Positions 29,502-36,486 of a stretch of 64,000 nucleotides of DNA are shown one piece after another (position 1 is the stretch's first letter; every line of letters starts with the position of its first letter). Both the position numbers and the translations under genes were made by a program. Under the pieces are notes generated by a model. The model was not told the origin of the DNA. It did no database searches and saw only the letters and a list, made by a program, of their open reading frames with translations. Origin of the DNA: Candidatus Portnoybacteria bacterium (GTDB taxonomy: Bacteria > Patescibacteriota > Minisyncoccia > Portnoybacterales > GWB1-42-6); NCBI GenBank assembly GCA_028688325.1, contig JAQTYI010000001.1, positions 302,620 through 366,619 on the forward strand, written 5' to 3'.

Positions 29502-29554
29502 GATGTCCGACATCCCGAATATTAATGCATTTTAATTTTTGGATGTCGGACATC
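29502..29554. promoter_or_regulatory. Two copies of a perfect 13-bp palindrome GATGTC-N-GACATC (centres 40 bp apart) in the divergent uvrB/ruvA promoter region. Candidate operator
   Basis: GATGTCCGACATC at 29502-29514 and GATGTCGGACATC at 29542-29554. Each is the reverse complement of the other. Confidence 0.5.
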
Positions 29555-29567
29555 ACAAAATTGAATT

Positions 29568-30149
29568 ATGATCTCATCCCTTGAGGGCAAAATCACTCTG
29601 TGCGCGGAAAAACATATAATTTTGGAGGCCAACGGCATCGGCTATAAGATTTGGTGTTCTGAAAAAACACTCTCCAAATTACCACAAATCGGCGAGACAG
29701 TAAAGCTGTTCACATACCTGTCCGTCAAAGAAACCAGCTGGGACCTGTTCGGGTTTCTGGCTTTTGACGAGCTGGAATTTTTTGAACTGCTTATTTCCAT
29801 TTCCGGCATCGGTCCCAAGACCGCCGCCAATATTTTATCCGTGGCCACGGCGGAGGATTTGCAAGAGGCCATCGTTCTGGGCGACGAAACTATCTTGAGC
29901 CGGGTCTCGGGCATCGGCAAGAAGGTGGCGCAAAAAATTGTCATTGAGCTAAAATCCAAGGTCAAAAAATTATCCAAAGGTTCGGGAGATAAATTCCGCG
30001 TGGCCGATGATATCGAAATAATCGATGCTTTGGTGGCGATGGGGTATAAGGTCTACGAAGCGCGGGAAGCGTTAAAATCCGTGCCGATGGAAGTTAAAGG
30101 CGTGGAAAACAAAATAAGGGAAACGCTGAAAAGATTGGGGAAGCGATAA
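29568..30149 (+). CDS. ruvA: Holliday junction DNA helicase subunit RuvA
   Basis: MISSLEGKI...GIGYKI. Helix-hairpin-helix motifs GIGPKTAANIL / VSGIGKKVAQKIV. 193 aa. Confidence 0.9.
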   Translation: MISSLEGKITLCAEKHIILEANGIGYKIWCSEKTLSKLPQIGETVKLFTYLSVKETSWDLFGFLAFDELEFFELLISISGIGPKTAANILSVATAEDLQEAIVLGDETILSRVSGIGKKVAQKIVIELKSKVKKLSKGSGDKFRVADDIEIIDALVAMGYKVYEAREALKSVPMEVKGVENKIRETLKRLGKR

Positions 30150-30158
30150 CGCATTTTT

Positions 30159-31343
30159 ATGGATAAACAAACTTGGAATAAATTTGTTTTAGAAAATGGT
30201 GGTAGCTTTTTGCAATCCTGGGAATGGGGCGAATTTCAAGAAAACATTGGCAGGCGTGTTTTTAGGTTTTTGCATTGTCATCCCGAATTTATTTCGGGAT
30301 CTGATTCAGAGGCCCTGAAACAAGTTCAGGGCGACAAAGGGGGCTGGCGAGCTCAATTCATTGCTAACAAACTACCTGGTGTTAATAAATTTTATTGGCA
30401 TTGTCCGCGCGGGCCGGTTTTGGCCAATGGCGATGAGCAAATGGCAAATAGCCAAATACGGAAAATCATAGACGCGGTTAAAAAATCAGCGGATAAAAAA
30501 GTTATATTTTTTCGTTTTGGGCCCGAGTGGCCTCTTGATTGTCATTCCGGGCTTGACCCGGAATCCAGATCTGGATCCCGCATCGAGTGCGGGATGACAG
30601 AAAAGGATTTAAAAAATATTGGCTTCAAGCAGCTATCATACGATATCGAGCCCTCACAAACGCAAATTTTAGATATTTCAAAAACCGAAGACGAATTGTT
30701 GGCGCAGATGCACGAAAAATGGCGCTACAATATCCGCCTGGCGCAGAAGAAGGGTGTGCAGATAAAATTCACGCAGTCAGAGTGCGTGAATTTTGAGTAT
30801 TATTTTGAGGAATTTTATCGGCTGGTGAGCCAAGGCACTTCGGAGCGCAACAATATCAAGCATCATCCGAAAGAATATTATAGAAAGCAGTTGAAAATTG
30901 GCGCTAAATCTCCCCTGACCCCTCTTTACGAAAGAGGGGAAGACCCTCCTTTTGTAAAGGAGGGCGAGGGAGGATTTAGAGAAACATTATTTGTGGCCGA
31001 ATATGAAGGCAAGGTTATTGCGGCAAATATTGTCGTGATCTTTGGCAATCGCGCCACTTATCTTCACGGCGCCACAAGCAGCGAGCATCGCGAAGTTATG
31101 GCGCCGCATCTTTTGCAATGGGAGCAGATAAAATATGCCAAAGCGCAGGGCTGTTCGGAATACGATTTCTGGGGAGTTGTGAACGAACACACCTTGGACA
31201 GACGCGGCAAATCCTGGGAGGGCTTCACTCGCTTCAAAAAGGGCTTTGGCGGTAAAGAAGCGAATTACATCGGTTATTGGGATTATCCATTTGACAAGAA
31301 GTGGTATTCGTTATATAGATTAGTGCAAAAGTTTAGGAGATAA
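30159..31343 (+). CDS. FemAB-family peptidoglycan bridge aminoacyltransferase-like protein, carrying two in-frame repeat insertions
   Basis: FemAB N-terminus (WNKFVLENGGSFLQSWEWGEFQ). Family-1 insert translated as DCHSGLDPESRSGSRIECGMTEKD. Family-2 insert translated as SPLTPLYERGEDPPFVKEGEGGFRE. Confidence 0.7.
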   Translation: MDKQTWNKFVLENGGSFLQSWEWGEFQENIGRRVFRFLHCHPEFISGSDSEALKQVQGDKGGWRAQFIANKLPGVNKFYWHCPRGPVLANGDEQMANSQIRKIIDAVKKSADKKVIFFRFGPEWPLDCHSGLDPESRSGSRIECGMTEKDLKNIGFKQLSYDIEPSQTQILDISKTEDELLAQMHEKWRYNIRLAQKKGVQIKFTQSECVNFEYYFEEFYRLVSQGTSERNNIKHHPKEYYRKQLKIGAKSPLTPLYERGEDPPFVKEGEGGFRETLFVAEYEGKVIAANIVVIFGNRATYLHGATSSEHREVMAPHLLQWEQIKYAKAQGCSEYDFWGVVNEHTLDRRGKSWEGFTRFKKGFGGKEANYIGYWDYPFDKKWYSLYRLVQKFRR

Positions 31344-31353
31344 TTCGCATGGT

Positions 31354-31474
31354 TTGTCATCCCGGGCTTGACCCGGGATCCAGAGCTTGTCCCCGCGAAA
31401 GCGGGGATCCATTGGGCCTGGATTCCCGCTTCCAGCTTACCCCGCACTTGATGCGGGTCGGGAATGATAGAAGT
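31354..31474. repeat. Family-1 repeat, intergenic
   Basis: TTGTCATCCCGGGCTTGACCCGGGATCCAG ... GGATTCCCGCTTCCAG...CGGGAATGATAGAAG. Confidence 0.8.
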
Positions 31475-31510
31475 ATATAATTTTATTGCAAAGGGTTAGG
31501 GGATAAAAAA

Positions 31511-32296
31511 ATGAGTGATTTTGAAGAAAAAATTCAAGAGTTATTAAAATTAAAAGGTTTGGATTTTGTTCAGGGTCTTTTGAAGATAGAAGAAGATCGC
31601 TTTAATAAGGAATTTTTAAAGGGTTCTGTATACGAAGAAATAAATGCTGATTTTGGGCTTTTCCCTCCCTTAAAAATTTATCCAGTTTATTTTTTGGGCA
31701 ACATAGCAAGACCGGAGAATAAAAGAGTTTTTATAGGAATAAATCCTGGTTATGATAGAAGCAATTCTTTGGAACAGAAATTTTTAGAAGAAAGAGGCTG
31801 TTTTGATGGCTATTGTAATATTTTTGGAGATTTTTTAAGAAAAAAACACAAAGGGCTTTCCTCTAAATATTTTTCTAATATAGCAGGTTTTTTAAAGCGT
31901 TTTTACGAATTAGACGAAATAAATAATTGGACTTGGTTTCAGGATAATATTATAAATTTGGATTTCATTCCTTATCATTCAAAAAATGCCGCCGGTATAA
32001 GAATAAATAATATCGAGAAGTTCAGAAAAGTGTATTTTCAGATATTATTAAAATTTTTAGAACATATTAATCCGCGTGACTATATTTTTGTAAATGGATT
32101 CCCAACTTTTGAAGGATATTTCCAAAATGATATTTTTATTAAAGCTATACAATTTAAAAAGGTGGATAATTTTTGGATAGGGAATATTGGCAGATTTAAA
32201 TTTATAGGATTGCCGTTTTTAACTCAAGTATCTGGTGGCAAGGATAATTTAGTAAATAATATTCGTAGATATTTAGCAGATGAAGCAACTTCTTAA
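31511..32296 (+). CDS. Hypothetical protein with low-GC coding sequence
   Basis: 261-aa ORF, markedly more AT-rich than its neighbours. No motif recognised. Confidence 0.45.
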   Translation: MSDFEEKIQELLKLKGLDFVQGLLKIEEDRFNKEFLKGSVYEEINADFGLFPPLKIYPVYFLGNIARPENKRVFIGINPGYDRSNSLEQKFLEERGCFDGYCNIFGDFLRKKHKGLSSKYFSNIAGFLKRFYELDEINNWTWFQDNIINLDFIPYHSKNAAGIRINNIEKFRKVYFQILLKFLEHINPRDYIFVNGFPTFEGYFQNDIFIKAIQFKKVDNFWIGNIGRFKFIGLPFLTQVSGGKDNLVNNIRRYLADEATS

Positions 32297-33779
32297 AAAA
32301 CTGATTCCCGACAGGATGCTGAGCATCTATCATTTCAAATTGGCGCTTTTGGGGGCGCTGGTTTTTGGTTTCCCGAGTAGGAAATTGAGGGTTATTGGCG
32401 TGACGGGAACAAAAGGGAAGTCGACCGTGGTGATGTTGGCGGGGAAGATATTGCAGGAGAATATAACCTCACCCCAACCCTCTCCTTCAAAAGGAGAGGG
32501 GGAAGTTTTTAACCCCCCAACCCCCCTTTGCGTAAGGGGGGATGAAAACGGGGATTTTTGTGAAAGCGGGCAAGCCGAATTTGCCCCCCTTGTAAAGGGG
32601 GGCGCAGGGGGGTTAAAAAATGTCGGATGGATCTCTTCGCTCACGATAAACGACGGGAAAAATGAAACGATGAACCCCTATCATATGACGATGCCAGGCA
32701 GGTTTTTTATTCAAAAGACGCTGGCGCAGATGATAAAAAACGGCTGCGAATACGCGCTGGTTGAAGTGACCAGCGAAGGAATAAAACAGCACCGGCATCG
32801 CTTCATCAACTGGGCGGGCGCGGCGTTCACTAACCTCGCGGCTGAGCATTTGGAAGCGCACGGCGGGTTTGAAAATTACAGAAAAGCCAAAGAGAAACTA
32901 TTTGCCGCCGCGGCAAAAAATGAAGATAGTTTCGGGGTGTATAACCTGGATGATGAAAATGTCGGTGAGTTTTTGAAGTATGGGATCGCAAGAAAAATTG
33001 GATACGGAATTCTTAACCCCCCAACCCCCCTTTGCGTAAGGGGGGATGAAAACGGGGATTTTTGTGAAAGCGGGCAAGCCGAATTTATCGTAAAGGGGGG
33101 CGAAGAGGGGTTAAAGAATTTACGAATTTCCAATATTCAATTATCTGGCAGTGGCTCGGAATTTGTCATCAACGGCGTGGAATTTAAAACCAAATTCTTG
33201 GGTGAGTTCAATATTTATAACTGCGCCGCCGCCGCGGCTATCGGGCAGGTCTGCGGCGTGCCGCTAAAAGTTGCGGCGCAGGCGCTCGCAAAGATAAAAT
33301 CTATTCCGGGTCGATTGGAAATAATTGATGAGGGTCAGGATTTTACGGTCGTGGTTGATCTGGCGCACACGCCGGATTCTTTTGAACAAGTTTTCAGATT
33401 GTTCGGAGAGTTGAAGCAAAATAAAATCATCTCGGTTTTCGGCGCGGCCGGCGGCGGGCGCGATAAATGGAAGCGGCCGGAACTTGGCAGAATCGCCTCG
33501 GCTTATTCGGACCAGGTTTTTATTACCAATGAAGACCCGTATGAGGAGGACCCTCTTAAAATAGCGGATGAAATATTGGCCGGGTGCGATAAGAGTAAAA
33601 CCGACATAATCTTGGACCGCCGGCAGGCCATTGCCCGCGCCTTGTCTTTGGCGCGCAAGGGTGATATAGTTTTAATCCTCGGTAAAGGAACGGAACAAAC
33701 GATGGTTGCCAGCGATAAAAAATATGATTGGGATGACAGAAGGGTCGTTCGCGAGGAATTGAAAAAAATAGTTCATTAA
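32280..33779 (+). CDS. murE: Mur ligase family protein (MurE-like UDP-MurNAc-tripeptide synthetase) with two in-frame copies of a roughly 100-bp GC-rich repeat
   Basis: P-loop VIGVTGTKGKSTV. DLAHTPDS. C-terminal SVFGAAGGGRDKWKRPELGRIA...ITNEDPYEEDP. Both inserts translate to the identical stretch NPPTPLCVRGDENGDFCESGQAEF. Confidence 0.7.
   Translation: MKQLLKKLIPDRMLSIYHFKLALLGALVFGFPSRKLRVIGVTGTKGKSTVVMLAGKILQENITSPQPSPSKGEGEVFNPPTPLCVRGDENGDFCESGQAEFAPLVKGGAGGLKNVGWISSLTINDGKNETMNPYHMTMPGRFFIQKTLAQMIKNGCEYALVEVTSEGIKQHRHRFINWAGAAFTNLAAEHLEAHGGFENYRKAKEKLFAAAAKNEDSFGVYNLDDENVGEFLKYGIARKIGYGILNPPTPLCVRGDENGDFCESGQAEFIVKGGEEGLKNLRISNIQLSGSGSEFVINGVEFKTKFLGEFNIYNCAAAAAIGQVCGVPLKVAAQALAKIKSIPGRLEIIDEGQDFTVVVDLAHTPDSFEQVFRLFGELKQNKIISVFGAAGGGRDKWKRPELGRIASAYSDQVFITNEDPYEEDPLKIADEILAGCDKSKTDIILDRRQAIARALSLARKGDIVLILGKGTEQTMVASDKKYDWDDRRVVREELKKIVH
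32470..32630. repeat. Family-2b GC-rich repeat inside murE (copy 1)
   Basis: CCCCCCAACCCCCCTTTGCGTAAGGGGGGATGAAAACGGGGATTTTTGTGAAAGCGGGCAAGCCGAATTT... identical over about 70 nt to the copy at 33015-33115. Confidence 0.8.
33015..33115. repeat. Family-2b repeat inside murE (copy 2)
   Basis: Same sequence as copy 1. Confidence 0.8.
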
Positions 33780-33790
33780 AATAAAACCCC

Positions 33791-33941
33791 GCAGAGGGCG
33801 GAGAAACCAGGCGATGGCAGCCAAGATGGGCTCATAACCCATCTTTGACGAGGCGATGTTGGCGTTAATTCATCCGGCGCCAATTACTTTTGTATGTTAA
33901 TTCGTTTCTCGTTGCGGGTTCGATTCCCGTCCGCCCTCTGC
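33791..33941 (+). ncRNA. tRNA-like structured RNA. Canonical T-arm plus 7-bp acceptor (extendable to a 12-bp terminal helix), a CAU 'anticodon-like' hairpin, and a roughly 70-nt extra segment. Possible intron-containing or insertion-bearing tRNA(Met/Ile2-CAU), or a tRNA-like attachment site
   Basis: 5' GCAGAGGGCGGA pairs perfectly with 3' TCCGCCCTCTGC. T-arm GCGGG-TTCGATT-CCCGT. Hairpin GATGGG-CTCATAA-CCCATC. No canonical D-arm or spacing could be fitted. Confidence 0.35.
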
Positions 33942-34044
33942 TCCTAAATAACGCCTCGAGCGATTCTGCCGGGGCTTTTTATTTCCGATCTTCGCTTGGG
34001 TTTTAATTTAAATGCTTCAGTATAATAGTATACTGAAGCATTTT

Positions 34045-34083
34045 TGGGATCAATAAAAAAGCCCCGATGAGGTTCCATCGGGG
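34045..34083 (-). terminator. Intrinsic terminator downstream of the reverse transcriptase gene
   Basis: CCCCGATG-AGGTTC-CATCGGGG followed on the minus strand by a T-run. Confidence 0.6.
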
Positions 34084-34085
34084 TG

Positions 34086-35039
34086 TTAATTTTGCAGTTG
34101 TTTGTTTATTTGTTTTTTGATTTTTGGCGGGCAATCAATGTCTTGTCTTTTTTTCAAATAGCCGAGCAGAGGGGTTAAGAGCTGGTTAGATATCTTTTTC
34201 TCAATGCCCATGGCGTAGGCGATAATGCCAAAGACCTGTTTTTCGGAAACGGAATTATCCATTTTTGCCCGGCCGATCATTCCGCGAAACCGCCTTATTT
34301 TTTTAGGCGGAATTTTAGGTTTTTTATCAACGATATTTATTCCTGTAATGCGCAAGGCGCCTTTTTTTATTGAACCATAGCGGGTTTTTTCGGGATTGAT
34401 CTTGAATCCAGCTTCTTCCAGCTTCTTGGCGATAATATTCTCAAAGCTTTTTGGTATTTTGACGCTGGAACTGAAAGTCAAGTCATCCACATAACGCGAA
34501 TAGCGCAATCGATGTTCAGCCACCTTCTGGTTGCTAAAAGATAAGTCAATATTCAGCAGATTTGTGGCTCCCAGAAGAGCATTAAATATGGCCAATGAGG
34601 TTGGCGCTCCTTGCGGAAGTTGGTTGCGGAAGGTGGTTAATTTGGTTAGAATCTTGGCCAGTTGCGGCGAAGCGTTCATTATTCTGAAAAACCAGTAAAC
34701 CATTTTATCGTCAACGGTCGGATAAGCGTTCTTTATGTCGATAGTAATAAGGTATTTGCTTTGTTTGTGGACAAGGGCGTTAGTCCGAGCGGATTTTTTG
34801 GCTATTCCGCCATGCGCTTGAGACGGGATGCAAAAAGGCAATTCTTTTAACAAGATTCGCTGAATTTTTTTCAGCGGTTCTTCGGGTGCCGCAATCTCGC
34901 GCTTACTGCCGTCTGATTTTTTCTTGTACCAGACACGATAATGGCTCTTAATGTTTTGTGACAACATTAGTAATTCCGTAGTGTCGAGATCGAACATTTT
35001 AGAAAAATTCTCTAAAGAAATTTTATTTTTCTTTTTCAT
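34086..35039 (-). CDS. Reverse transcriptase, retron-type (317 aa)
   Basis: Reverse transcriptase motifs: A (ITIDIKNAYPTVD), B' (LPQGAPTSLAIFNALL), C (YSRYVDDLTFSS, the YxDD box), D (GFKINPEKT) and an ITG/VTG-like segment (LRITGINIV). Strong Shine-Dalgarno sequence AAGGAGG. Compact retron size. Confidence 0.75.
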   Translation of the reverse strand: MKKKNKISLENFSKMFDLDTTELLMLSQNIKSHYRVWYKKKSDGSKREIAAPEEPLKKIQRILLKELPFCIPSQAHGGIAKKSARTNALVHKQSKYLITIDIKNAYPTVDDKMVYWFFRIMNASPQLAKILTKLTTFRNQLPQGAPTSLAIFNALLGATNLLNIDLSFSNQKVAEHRLRYSRYVDDLTFSSSVKIPKSFENIIAKKLEEAGFKINPEKTRYGSIKKGALRITGINIVDKKPKIPPKKIRRFRGMIGRAKMDNSVSEKQVFGIIAYAMGIEKKISNQLLTPLLGYLKKRQDIDCPPKIKKQINKQLQN

Positions 35040-35045
35040 TTGTTC

Positions 35046-35294
35046 CTCCTTGATAAATGAAAAAACGCGGACGGGCTTCCATGACCCATACTGGGCATGT
35101 GAAGAGAAGCATGGTGAGGTGTCTTTTGGCCGCGATAGCGCAGGGGCTCGTCGCCGGAGCGATAGCGGGCAAAAGACATCTGGGCACGCGTATTGTTACA
35201 TACGCAGAGCTTAATGGTAAGTCAAACTTCTTTCCGCCAGATGCTGGCAGGCCGATGGCTCGCAGAGCCACCTAAGTCAAGCCCGTCCGCGTTT
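35046..35294 (-). ncRNA. Candidate retron msr/msd non-coding RNA locus bounded by perfect 16-bp inverted repeats (a1/a2)
   Basis: AAACGCGGACGGGCTT at 35063-35078 is the exact reverse complement of 35279-35294. The intervening roughly 200 nt is GC-rich with several hairpins. It ends 24 nt before the reverse transcriptase ATG. The ORFs the track places here (35023..35271, 35057..35275) look non-coding. Confidence 0.55.
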
Positions 35295-35398
35295 ATTGTT
35301 AAGGTGCTAAACAAAGATAATTGATAGTAGCTATTTTTATTAAGGAAGTCAAGAAATAAAAAACCCCGCGCTTGATGTTGATGCGCGGGGTCGAGTTT

Positions 35399-35782
35399 CT
35401 AATGCGTGTTGATTATTTCGCCGGCCATTTGCGTGGCTTCGGCGAGAAGCTTTTTGGGAATATCGTCTATCCCGAAGCCATCGCTGTTGGGCGAGGTATA
35501 GATGACTTGCGGGCCCTTGCCGTAATCGGCGAAGGTGATAACAATATCTAGCACGGAAAGGGTGGCGGATTTTTCTCGACAGGACTCCATGATAAGCCGA
35601 ATCTTTTTGTTATGGAGCCGCAGAGAAAGAATATCGCCGCCTTTTTTGTCAAATTCCCTGAACTGGCGAATGGCCTCCGGGCTTATATGGCCGGCTCCTT
35701 CGCCATCGCAATTAGGGCACCGGCCGACTCGTTGGCTGGGATACCGATAACCGCACTTGAGGCAGAACCTATCTTTGCTCAT
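35399..35782 (-). CDS. Zinc-ribbon protein with an acidic C-terminal domain, possibly TOPRIM- or NYN-like. Candidate retron-associated effector
   Basis: CLKC...CPNC zinc ribbon at the N-terminus. C-terminal IRLIMESCRE...LDIVITFADYGKG...SPNSDGFGIDDI with conserved acidic residues. Immediately upstream of the retron locus on the same strand. Confidence 0.4.
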   Translation of the reverse strand: MSKDRFCLKCGYRYPSQRVGRCPNCDGEGAGHISPEAIRQFREFDKKGGDILSLRLHNKKIRLIMESCREKSATLSVLDIVITFADYGKGPQVIYTSPNSDGFGIDDIPKKLLAEATQMAGEIINTH

Positions 35783-35909
35783 AAGACCCTCCTTGTGGGT
35801 GGTATGGGTAGCTGATAAGAACTATATCTGATAGTTATATTATATCAAAACGCTATGAATATGTCAATAGTAGCGCTAAAATACCGGAAAGTGTATAATA
35901 TATCGGTAT

Positions 35910-36221
35910 GCCAGGTAGTAGAAATTCGACAGCGATTATGTTCTATTATGTTTATATTTTAGAGAGTTTAAAGAATAAGGAATTGTATGTCGGTTACACG
36001 GGTGATTTAAACAAGAGAATAAAAGAACATAATCGCGGATTGGTTTTTTCTACAAAACCATATCTGCCTTGGCTAATTATATTTTACGAGGCCTATAGGA
36101 GCGAAAAAGACGCCAGAAGGAGAGAGGCGTATTTAAAGACCAGCCAAGGCAGCAGATTGTTAAAAAGAATGCTTAAAGAATATTTTTATAATAAAGAATA
36201 AGTCGAATTTTCACTACCTGG
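35910..36221. mobile_element. Autonomous-looking member of the MITE family: terminal inverted repeats enclosing a GIY-YIG nuclease gene
   Basis: Left repeat GCCAGGTAGTAGAAATTCGACAGCG. Right repeat GTCGAATTTTCACTACCTGG. The same repeats as the non-coding MITE copies. Confidence 0.75.
35938..36201 (+). CDS. Small GIY-YIG nuclease family protein (87 aa) carried inside the repeat-flanked element
   Basis: MFYYVYILESLKNKELYVGYTGDLNKRIKEHNRG...R...AYLKT...LLKRML. GIY...YVG and catalytic R/E/N spacing. Confidence 0.75.
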   Translation: MFYYVYILESLKNKELYVGYTGDLNKRIKEHNRGLVFSTKPYLPWLIIFYEAYRSEKDARRREAYLKTSQGSRLLKRMLKEYFYNKE

Positions 36222-36348
36222 AATGAAAAACTACGCTTCAGCCAGGGCGGGAAGGGGCAAAACGACCTATCGCACGCCGAGCGTATTTAAATATCAGAAG
36301 TGCCGGAAGGTGGAGAAAATTAAAATGGTTAATAAAAATATTAAACAA

Positions 36349-36486
36349 TTGTCATCCCGGGCCTGACCCGGGATCCAGGCCCTGAAGCCCAACCGTCGCT
36401 AAAGCTTTGGCGAGGCAAGCAAGTTCAGGGCGACAAAAAACCTGGATTCTCCCCGCACTTGATGCGGGGCGGGAATGACAAAATGA
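36349..36486. repeat. Family-1 repeat ending inside the annotated 5' end of the next gene
   Basis: TTGTCATCCCGGGCCTGACCCGGGATCCAGG ... CCCCGCACTTGATGCGGGGCGGGAATGACAAAATGACAA. Confidence 0.8.

Noticed and set aside
33791-33941. Considered whether this structured RNA is SRP (4.5S) RNA because of a GCAGCCAAG string
   Set aside because: It lacks the domain-IV GNRA/GGAA tetraloop and the symmetric and asymmetric loop motifs. It has a canonical tRNA T-arm and acceptor instead.
35023-35275. ORFs 35023..35271 (-) and 35057..35275 (+) of 72-82 aa
   Set aside because: They overlap each other on opposite strands inside the inverted-repeat-bounded GC-rich hairpin region upstream of the reverse transcriptase. 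They are better explained as non-coding retron RNA.
34086-35294. Diversity-generating retroelement interpretation of the reverse transcriptase
   Set aside because: No second adenine-variable copy of the upstream segment (a template/variable-repeat pair) was seen in the window. The reverse transcriptase has a QG-type motif B and the locus is bounded by a1/a2-style inverted repeats, which favours a retron. This could not be excluded without a search.
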